NCBI GenBank assembly: GCA_945861935.1
Contig: CAMAVU010000001.1
Coordinates: 45,845-109,844, forward strand
Source of the DNA: Bifidobacterium breve
GTDB lineage: Bacteria; Actinomycetota; Thermoleophilia; Miltoncostaeales; Miltoncostaeaceae
Reading direction: 5' to 3'
DNA: 64,000 bases
The notes beneath the pieces were generated by a model. It was not told where the DNA came from. It was given only the letters and a program-made list of their open reading frames with translations, and made no database searches. The position numbers were made by a program, and so were the translations under genes. Of this stretch, positions 17,712-25,172 are shown in pieces (position 1 is the stretch's first letter; each line of letters begins with the position of its first letter).

Positions 17712-19254
17712 ACGTGGGCCTCAGGGTAATGGCGAACGGGATGAGATCGATCCTCTGGTTGACCGGACATCCTCTGGCCTGAGCAGCGGACCAGACGTAC
17801 ACGCCCGCGACGCGTACGCCCGGTGACATCGTGGGCACGATCGCGGTCCTCCCGGGTGCCACCCGAACCGCCGCGGACATGATCAGGGTCATGTCCGGGG
17901 TATACCCGAACGACGCCACCTCGACCGCCACGGCATCGGGGCCGACCTGGGCGCGGAGCCCCACGACATTCCTGCGCGCGGCATCAACGAGGTCGATCTC
18001 TGAGTGGGGGCGGCCGAGATCGGCACACGGAGCCGTCTGCCCGGGGAGCATGTGACCGGCGATGTTCAGCGTCGTCTCGATGACGGGGCGCCCTGACGGA
18101 TGCGCGGAGATGTCGGCTGCGCCGCCGCCCCGCTCGCTGATCTGCAGGTAGGTCGGAAGGAAGCCAGCCGTCAGCCGTCTCGTGTCCGGCGGGGTTTCGC
18201 CGCCGGCGGGAAGGATCTCCGCGGTCCGTGGGTCGGCGAGCAGGGTGTCGGCGGCATCTTCCGCCAGGCGATGTGCCAGTCGTGGGCTGGGGTGTGCGTT
18301 GACGGGGTTGATCATCAGCACGGATGGGTCTTCGAAGCGGACGAAGGGCGTCGTGCGCGGAATCGGGATGATCGTCGCGCCGCCGCCGCGCAGGATCTCA
18401 AGCGGTCGTCGGGCCAGTTCGAAGTCGCTCGGGCGGATCGGTGTGGGGAGAATGAACAGCGGCATCTGTTGGCCCACGGTCGTGCGCATGCGCGCGGCGG
18501 TCACGCGATACGCCGCCAGTGCATCCTCGGCGAGGATGCGGCGCAGGAAGTGGTAGAAGGGGTAGCCGACGGCGTCCGACGCGTTCGCCTCCCCGTCGGC
18601 GAGGCAGTAATTCGCGGTCATGCTCCGGGTGAGTGCGGGGAGCCACGCGGCTGTCTGGTGCATGAGTGTGGCGAACCACGATCCCTCGCCCTGCATGCAG
18701 GCGAGATACGGCTTGTCCTCCTCGTATTGCTTGATCCCGTAACACCAGTAGCCGAAACATGTGGCGCTGTCCTTGCGGCCCCGTGGCACCGAGTCGTTCG
18801 TCACGTAGCCGAAGACGACGGCATCGGGCCGGAGGCGGCCGAGCACTGCCGGCGTCAGCCAGTCGAGTTGGTTCATGGTCGCCGCCCCGTTGTTGGCAAG
18901 GGCTGTTACCTCGACGCGGCCGGCTCCAAGCCGATCATCCATCACGGTCTGCAGCGCGCGCGGCCACGCCGTTGCGGTATCGGTCGCGCCATCGCCCCAC
19001 ACGAACGAGTCCCCGACGACGAGGATCCGCAGTCGTCGCTCGCTCCCTTCCCCCGGAAGGATGTTCTCCTGCCGATTCACATGTGGATCACCGAGGCGCG
19101 GCGTCAACCGTGCGTAGTTGGAGGCGCTGATGAAACCATCCTCACGTGCCCACATGGCCCGGTCATCGAGAAGCTGGTCCGCACTCAGGGAAACCAGACC
19201 CACGATGGCCCATAGGCCGAGCGACCACATGACGATGATCGCGCGGCGCTTCAT
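17701..19254 (-). CDS. membrane-anchored SGNH/GDSL-family hydrolase or acyl-esterase with extra C-terminal domain
   Basis: An ATG at 19254 gives MKRRAIIVMWSLGLWAIVGLVSL (TM segment), then LRILVVGDSFVWGDG (GDS block I). The roughly 200-aa C-terminal region is unassigned. The stop overlaps the carbamoyltransferase start by 11 nt. Confidence 0.7.
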   Translation of the reverse strand: MKRRAIIVMWSLGLWAIVGLVSLSADQLLDDRAMWAREDGFISASNYARLTPRLGDPHVNRQENILPGEGSERRLRILVVGDSFVWGDGATDTATAWPRALQTVMDDRLGAGRVEVTALANNGAATMNQLDWLTPAVLGRLRPDAVVFGYVTNDSVPRGRKDSATCFGYWCYGIKQYEEDKPYLACMQGEGSWFATLMHQTAAWLPALTRSMTANYCLADGEANASDAVGYPFYHFLRRILAEDALAAYRVTAARMRTTVGQQMPLFILPTPIRPSDFELARRPLEILRGGGATIIPIPRTTPFVRFEDPSVLMINPVNAHPSPRLAHRLAEDAADTLLADPRTAEILPAGGETPPDTRRLTAGFLPTYLQISERGGGAADISAHPSGRPVIETTLNIAGHMLPGQTAPCADLGRPHSEIDLVDAARRNVVGLRAQVGPDAVAVEVASFGYTPDMTLIMSAAVRVAPGRTAIVPTMSPGVRVAGVYVWSAAQARGCPVNQRIDLIPFAITLRPTYAR

Positions 19255-19947
19255 GCCCGGCACCCCGACGTCGGTCCGGGGAGTTCGGAGGCCGGGAGAG
19301 CCTGCAGCCTGGCCAGCGAGGAGGAAGCGGTGGCTGTCCACGGCGGGATCACGGGTCGGATCGAGCGTACCGGCGGTCGCATCTCCGGGCAACCGTTACG
19401 GATCGCCGCGCTGGTCGCTACCGGCGCGGCATGAGTCCCCGGCATCTCGGAGGGTCTGTGCTCCGGGGGGCCGAGTCTGCATCCGGCGAGACGACGAGCC
19501 GTCAGCGTTCCCGCGGGGCATCACCCGGGACAACGGGGCTTCGGGTCCGTGTGCCGCGACGCCGCCTGTCAGCGACCGACCTCGGCTCCCAGGTTCCGGG
19601 AGATCCCCGGCACGACGGAGACATCGTGGCTCGCACCGTGCAGGATGGCGGATCGGGTGCTCGACCATTGCGATGCGGCGCACGGAACGGTCATGCCGCC
19701 CGCGTGGTCATCCGGAGTCGGCACGGGTAGGCCCGACGGATCAGTGCATGGCGGAAGAGATACGGTTCGCCCGGGGTCCGCGATGAGCCCCGGTGTCCGT
19801 GGCGGCCGGGTGCTCTGGCGACGCAGACCGTGCGTTGCACGCCGCCTCTTCCCGTACGCTCCCAAGGTGCGGCGGTCGCCTCAGGACGATTGCGGGAAGG
19901 GTGCGGTCGTCAATAGCGCTTGTTGACGCGGGGGAAGGGGTCGTCAC

Positions 19948-20907
19948 ATGGTCGGTCAATTCAGCGGGTACCTGAGTCCGGTCTTCCCGTCGCAGATCAC
20001 GGTGGACGTCACCGAGTACTGCAACCTGGCCTGCATCCATTGCCCCTACGAGACGGTCACCAAGCTCAAGGGGCGGGCGCGGCAGCATCTGTCCCCGCAG
20101 TGGCATACGAAGTTGATCGACGAGATCGTGAGCGACGGCCAGGGGCATTGCCGCTACGTCCGGTATACCGGGGACGGCGAGCCTCTTGCTCACCCGGGGC
20201 TGGCGGATCTGATCGCCTACGCCCACGACCGGTCCGGGATTCCGATCAACCTCACGACCAACGGGATGCTCCTCACGGAGGATCGGGCGGAAGCACTTCT
20301 GGACGCCGGGGTCGATGTCTTCGACATCAGCATCGATGCCAACACACAGGAGACCTATGCCCGCGTCCGGGTCAAGGGGAAGTTGGACATCACCCGTGCG
20401 AATGTCCTGCGGCTGATTGAAATGGTGCGCGAGCGGCCCGGTAGTGCCCGTGTGATGGTGAGCTTCGTGGAGCAGCCTCTCAACGCCCACGAAGCCGATG
20501 ACTTTCGCAACGACTGGCGGGCTGCCGGTGCTGACTTCGTGGTCGTACGGCGCCCCCATTCATGTGCGGGGTCGATCCCCGCGCAGGCAAAGGTTCTGTG
20601 GGACGCGGCGCCAGCGGAACGCCGTGCCTGTCTCTATCCATGGGAGCGGCTGACCCTGAAGGCCGATGGGTCACTGTCGTACTGCCCCACCGACTGGCGC
20701 CATGAGGCTGAGATCGGTCACATCGCTGCGACCACGGTCCGTGACGTCTGGCAGGGGCCCGGGATGGAGGCTGTACGGCTCGCTCACACGACGGGCGACT
20801 TCTCCGGACACGGGTTCTGCGGAAAGTGTCCGGACTGGTCTGTGGTCCGATGGCCATCAGAGGGTCGTAGCTACGCCTCGGTCATGCACGAGTTCTCTTC
20901 TGACTAG
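19948..20907 (+). CDS. radical SAM protein with SPASM-like C-terminal Cys cluster
   Basis: 319 aa with CNLACIHCPY (CxxxCxxC), GDGEPLAHP and TTNGMLL. C-terminal cysteines occur in CLYPWERLTLKADGSLSYCPTDW...CGKCPDW. GGAAGGGG lies upstream of the ATG. Confidence 0.85.
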   Translation: MVGQFSGYLSPVFPSQITVDVTEYCNLACIHCPYETVTKLKGRARQHLSPQWHTKLIDEIVSDGQGHCRYVRYTGDGEPLAHPGLADLIAYAHDRSGIPINLTTNGMLLTEDRAEALLDAGVDVFDISIDANTQETYARVRVKGKLDITRANVLRLIEMVRERPGSARVMVSFVEQPLNAHEADDFRNDWRAAGADFVVVRRPHSCAGSIPAQAKVLWDAAPAERRACLYPWERLTLKADGSLSYCPTDWRHEAEIGHIAATTVRDVWQGPGMEAVRLAHTTGDFSGHGFCGKCPDWSVVRWPSEGRSYASVMHEFSSD

Positions 20908-20920
20908 TCCCCCAACGGTC

Positions 20921-22069
20921 GTGTCCGGTCCCCACGTGCCGTTTTCACGGCCCTCATCGAGCGAGGAGGAGCACCGCCGCGTTCTGGCGGCGCTGCAGGA
21001 GGGGCATCTGCAGGGAGGTGGGCCATGGACGGATGTGTGCGAGGCGTGGTTGGAATCGTCAACACGCGCGGTGAAGGCGCTGCTGACAACGTCGGGGACA
21101 TCAGCTCTGGAACTGGCCGTCCTCCTGGCTGGCATCGGCCCGGGTGACGAGGTGATCATGCCCTCGTTCACATTTCCGTCAACTGCGAACTGCGTCGTGC
21201 TGCGTGGTGCAACGCCCGTGTTCGTTGACAGTGATGAAGGCACGATGAATATCGACCCGGTGCGCGTCCGCGCCGCTGTCACATCTCGCACCGCAGCCGT
21301 CATCCCCGTGCACTACGCGGGCACAGGGTGCGACATGGACGCCATCTGCGGGATAGCCCGAGATGCCGGCGCCATGGTGATCGAGGATGCAGCCCAAGCG
21401 GTCTGCGCCTCCTGGCAGGGGCGCTCCCTTGGGGCGATCGGCCAGTTGGGGGCCCTGAGCTTCCATGTGTCAAAGAACGTCAGTTGCGGGGAGGGCGGTG
21501 CCCTGTTGATCAACGAGCCCCGCTTGGTGGAAAGGGCTGAGATCCTGTGGGAGAAGGGGACTGATCGCAAGCGGTTCCTGCGCGGGGAGGTCGCGAAGTA
21601 TCGCTGGCGCGACGTCGGCTCATCGTTTCTGCCAAGCGAGGTATTGGCGGCCCTCCTGAGTGCTCAGATGGAGCGCGCGTGGGACATCACCCGGGCACGG
21701 GTGGGCCTATGGGATCGGTACCACGGCTCCCTGGCCCCTCTCGAGGATGCGGGGTTCCTGCGGCGCCCAACCGTTCCGGCCGGATGCCACCACAACGGCC
21801 ATATCTACTTCATCACTCTGCGGAGCACGGCCGTCCGCGAGATGGTCGTTGAGGAGATGCGCCGGGCATCCATCATGGTGCAGACGCATTATGTGCCACT
21901 CCACTCCGCGCCGGCCGGCCGTCGCTTCGGTCGTGCCCACGGGCCGATGGATGTGGTCGACTCCGTGGCACCCCGACTGCTTCGCCTGCCGTTGTTCCCG
22001 GATATGACTCCAGAACAGCACGCGGTTGTTGTCGGCGTCCTGCAGCGGGTGGCGGGGATGGGTGGGTGA
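20921..22069 (+). CDS. DegT/DnrJ/EryC1-family sugar aminotransferase, WecE-like (dTDP-4-amino-4,6-dideoxyhexose transaminase type)
   Basis: The track ORF starts at 20666 inside the radical SAM gene. Homology starts at VPFSRPSSSEEEH (candidate GTG starts at 20921 or 20936). Long colinear similarity to E. coli WecE: FHVSKN (PLP Lys), WEKGTDRKRFLRGEVAKYRWRDVGSSFLPSE, HNGHIYFI, HYVPLHSAPAG, LLRLPLF. Confidence 0.85.
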   Translation: MSGPHVPFSRPSSSEEEHRRVLAALQEGHLQGGGPWTDVCEAWLESSTRAVKALLTTSGTSALELAVLLAGIGPGDEVIMPSFTFPSTANCVVLRGATPVFVDSDEGTMNIDPVRVRAAVTSRTAAVIPVHYAGTGCDMDAICGIARDAGAMVIEDAAQAVCASWQGRSLGAIGQLGALSFHVSKNVSCGEGGALLINEPRLVERAEILWEKGTDRKRFLRGEVAKYRWRDVGSSFLPSEVLAALLSAQMERAWDITRARVGLWDRYHGSLAPLEDAGFLRRPTVPAGCHHNGHIYFITLRSTAVREMVVEEMRRASIMVQTHYVPLHSAPAGRRFGRAHGPMDVVDSVAPRLLRLPLFPDMTPEQHAVVVGVLQRVAGMGG

Positions 22070-22302
22070 GCATTCCCGCCGGTCGGCGCGAGCCGCGGGT
22101 CGGTCGCGGCATCAGGCGGGTCCCCCTCGTTGGGCCCCGGTCTCTTATTGGCGGCGTCCCCGGACCCGGGAATCGGGGGATCGGCTCGCGAGGACGCACC
22201 AGGGGGGATCGGTATCGCTGCGGCGATCATCGCCGGTGTGCGCTCACACCGTGGGCCAACCACGCGGCACTCGCCCTCCGGGGGGATCCGGGTTGACCAC
22301 GG

Positions 22303-23028
22303 GTGGCTGACACTTCGTCGAGCGAAGCCCGGTGCGTCGCAGTCATCCAGTCCAACTACCTCCCTTGGAGGGGGTACTTCGACATCATGGATGACGCGGA
22401 TCTCTTCATCCTCCATGACGATCTTCAGTACACGAAGCAGGACTGGAGGAACAGGAACAGAATCAAGACTCCTGCCGGTCTCGAGTGGCTGACGGTCCCC
22501 GTTTCTCACCGTGCCACGCGGCAACTCATCCAGGAGACGGAGATCGCCGCCGGTGACTGGCCTGTGAGGCACCGCAGGAAGATCACCGAGGCCTATCGCG
22601 CCGCGCCGTACTTCTCGGAGGTGTTCCCTCTCATCGAGAAGGCCCTGAGCGCACCTTCGGGTCTGCTGTCGGATCTCAACGCTCACCTACTTCGATCGAT
22701 CGCCGACTTCCTGGGAATCACGACGCCGATCGTATGGTCACGGGACTATCAATCGGCGGGGGTGCGCAATGAGAAGTTGGTGTCCCTGCTGGTATCCGCG
22801 GGGGCAACGCGCTACATCAGTGGGCCGAGTGCACGCGCCTACATCGATGAGGCCCTGTTTGAGGCCGCAGGCATCCCGGTTTTATTCAAGGAGTACTCGT
22901 ACGCGCCGTACGAGCAGTTATGGGGGCCGTTCGCCGGCGAGGTTTCGGTGATTGATCTGCTGTTCAACATGGGGCCGGCGAGCCGAGGCCTCATCAAGAG
23001 CCGCGTTCCGCTGCCCTTCGGTCTATGA
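22303..23028 (+). CDS. WbqC-family protein
   Basis: 241 aa with AVIQSNYLPWRGYF, QDWRNRNRIKT and EWLTVPV, typical of WbqC-like proteins. GTG start. Visibly lower GC than its surroundings. Its stop overlaps the convergent downstream gene's stop (CTATGA). Confidence 0.75.
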   Translation: MADTSSSEARCVAVIQSNYLPWRGYFDIMDDADLFILHDDLQYTKQDWRNRNRIKTPAGLEWLTVPVSHRATRQLIQETEIAAGDWPVRHRRKITEAYRAAPYFSEVFPLIEKALSAPSGLLSDLNAHLLRSIADFLGITTPIVWSRDYQSAGVRNEKLVSLLVSAGATRYISGPSARAYIDEALFEAAGIPVLFKEYSYAPYEQLWGPFAGEVSVIDLLFNMGPASRGLIKSRVPLPFGL

Positions 23029-24234
23029 CGTGTCCCGGGTCCGCACAGGCACCCGTTCCAGAACTACGCGCGCAGCGACCCGGGGATCGAAGTTCCGGAG
23101 CGCAGCCCGGTTCCCCTCCTCCGCGAGTGCCGGGAGGAGGTGGGGATGGGCGCTCGCCCACGAGAGCGCTTGTGCGACGTCGGCCGCTGTCTCGCAGTGA
23201 AGGCCCGGAAGGGCCGTCCCGTACCACGCGGAATACACATCGGGCCGCAGGTTGCCGAGGACGACGCGACGTCGCAACATCGAATCCATCGCAATGCCAG
23301 CCGGGCCGATCGGTGACAGGGCATCGCAGACGATGTGCTGGTCCTCGATAACGGATACGTAATGCTCGTAGGACAGTTCCGGCACCCACTCGACCCATCG
23401 GCCGATGCCCTGCGATGTGACGTACTGTTGGACCCGGGCGGGATCCAGCCCCTTGGTGGTCACGGTCAGCCGGGCGTCACCGCCTGAGAGAACGAACCGG
23501 CGAAAGCCCTCGAGCAGGATGTCGGTGCCCTTGCGGTCGGTGAAGGATTGGGCGGAATCGGCATCTCGGACTCCAATGCGCGCCAGACAGGCGATGCGCA
23601 GCGGAGCATCAGTGGGCATCGGTCGTGAGGCACGGGAACAGAAGGTGTTCCCGAGGCGCAGGGCGAGGCGTTGGGATGGCATGACACCGAGCCCCTGAAA
23701 CAAGATCTCGGCGTCCGGCCGAAGGCCCGGCGGGTCGTGGATGATCAACTCCGCCGAGGCGATGCCGTGCCGCTGCCGGGCCACGAGATGGCTCCATGCG
23801 AGCCGGTGGTCGAGCGCCTCGCGCGAGCGCCGGAAGTCGCCGCTCCATCCCGCCTCACGCAGATGAATCGAGTCGTAGTTCGCGTAGTAGGTGAGATCCG
23901 ATCCCGTGAGGTGCGCGACATGTGGGACGGACAGGAGGTCCGCGATGGAGGGCCCCTGGTCGTTGAGGAACACGAGGTCTGCCCACTCGTTGATGTCGGC
24001 AACCAGATCCCGCAGGCGCGGGCTGCGATCCACGAAGTCGCTGTCCGCGAGGCTGGCATCGGGGGGCCAGGTGACCTCGGCCGTGTGCGTATCCACGAGC
24101 GCCCGGAGGGATGAGGGCTGGTGGAGCGCTTCGGGGCGGGTTGGGACCAGACGGCACTCATGTCCGGATTCGGCAAACCCCAATGCCAGAAGATGCGGTG
24201 CGTTGTTGACGTTGCCGACGAACGCGATGCGCAT
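23023..24234 (-). CDS. putative glycosyltransferase (GT-B fold, GT1/GT4-like, divergent)
   Basis: An ATG at 24234 gives MRIAFVGNVNNAPHLLALGFAESGHE (Rossmann-type GT-B N-terminus). The second half is Rossmann-like, with TDRKGTDILLEGF. The 188 aa upstream in the track ORF are Arg/Pro-rich and judged non-coding. Confidence 0.5.
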   Translation of the reverse strand: MRIAFVGNVNNAPHLLALGFAESGHECRLVPTRPEALHQPSSLRALVDTHTAEVTWPPDASLADSDFVDRSPRLRDLVADINEWADLVFLNDQGPSIADLLSVPHVAHLTGSDLTYYANYDSIHLREAGWSGDFRRSREALDHRLAWSHLVARQRHGIASAELIIHDPPGLRPDAEILFQGLGVMPSQRLALRLGNTFCSRASRPMPTDAPLRIACLARIGVRDADSAQSFTDRKGTDILLEGFRRFVLSGGDARLTVTTKGLDPARVQQYVTSQGIGRWVEWVPELSYEHYVSVIEDQHIVCDALSPIGPAGIAMDSMLRRRVVLGNLRPDVYSAWYGTALPGLHCETAADVAQALSWASAHPHLLPALAEEGNRAALRNFDPRVAARVVLERVPVRTRDTS

Positions 24235-25172
24235 CACGTCCTCCCCGGCCCGGTAAGCCCATGCGCGAGCACATGGTATGTCCCGCCGGGGGTTCTGGCG
24301 ACTCCGACACGCTCCGTTGTCCGATGGCGAACGCGAATCCGCGCATGCGCGTCGGGGCGAAGGGGGCGGTCCCCCCGCCGGGTGCCGGTCCCGATTCGTT
24401 GCCCGGCGAGGTCTGCTGGGCCGACTGGCCCAGTGGGATCGTCCCAATCCATGCTGCGCGGGGCATGCTCTGGGCAGTACGCGACGAGGTCGTCCTGATG
24501 AGGGTACGCCCGGTATGGGGATGCGCCCGGCCTCCGTGGAGCGATCCACGGGGAGGAGGCAGTACTCATCCGGTGACGTCCCGCCCGGGATGCCCATGGC
24601 TGCCACGAAGGCCTGGACGTCGCAGGTACGGGCTGGATGGAATGATGCCGCGCGTGCCTGCGACGGGGGAATCAGGCACGCGGGCTGTACGGGAGGGTTG
24701 CCGTCCCGGGTGCCGGTAGCCGGGCGACAGGCGGAAGGGCCCCGCCCCGCCGCCCCTCGCTGCAGTTGGCACCGTCGATGACGCCCACCGGCACACACGA
24801 CGCGCGCGGCCGGTCACTCGACCAGAGCGGTTGCGCGGTGGCGCGCCCGCGCCCGGCGTTTCCGGGTTGGCGTGGAACCGGCCGGTGGTTGCCAACGTTC
24901 CACGATTCCGATCGGGGGAGTGCACGGGTGCCGGACGCCGGAGGGAGTGCGGACGCGAGGTGTGCCCCTGGGATCTCCGCCCGCTGCAGGCCTGCTGGCG
25001 TCCCGTGATCCGCTGCAGCCCGCGAGTGGGTCCACAGGGACGCGGGTCGGGTGCCCGGGAGCCGTGGCGTGCAAATCGGCACCCGTCCCGCCGACCTCGG
25101 TGTCCCGACTGATGGTCTATGAGGCTCCCCCGCCCCGATGTGTCGGTTCCAGGCGCCAACCACGCCGGTCCG

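Noticed and set aside
22092-22250. Small hairpins after the WecE-like gene (GCCGCG-7 nt-CGCGGC at 22092-22110; CGGTGTG-CGCT-CACACCG near 22235-22252) as terminators
   Set aside because: The stems are only 6-7 bp with no U-tract. Such hairpins occur frequently by chance at this GC content and are too weak to annotate.
24235-24798. N-terminal 188-aa extension of the GT ORF (track 23023-24798), and the 1414-aa version of the AsnB ORF starting at 28091
   Set aside because: The extensions are Arg/Pro/Cys-rich. One runs through the non-coding-like spacer and the other is antisense to the epimerase gene. Homology and sensible starts begin at 24234 (MRIAFVGN) and 28679 (MCGIAG).
24381-24935. Recurrence of GGGTGCCGG (near 24381, 24708, 24926) and of GCTGCAG-containing strings in the 938-bp spacer, considered as a repeat array
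   Set aside because: The units are short, irregularly spaced and without conserved flanks. They are compatible with chance in GC-rich sequence, and there is no CRISPR-like periodicity.
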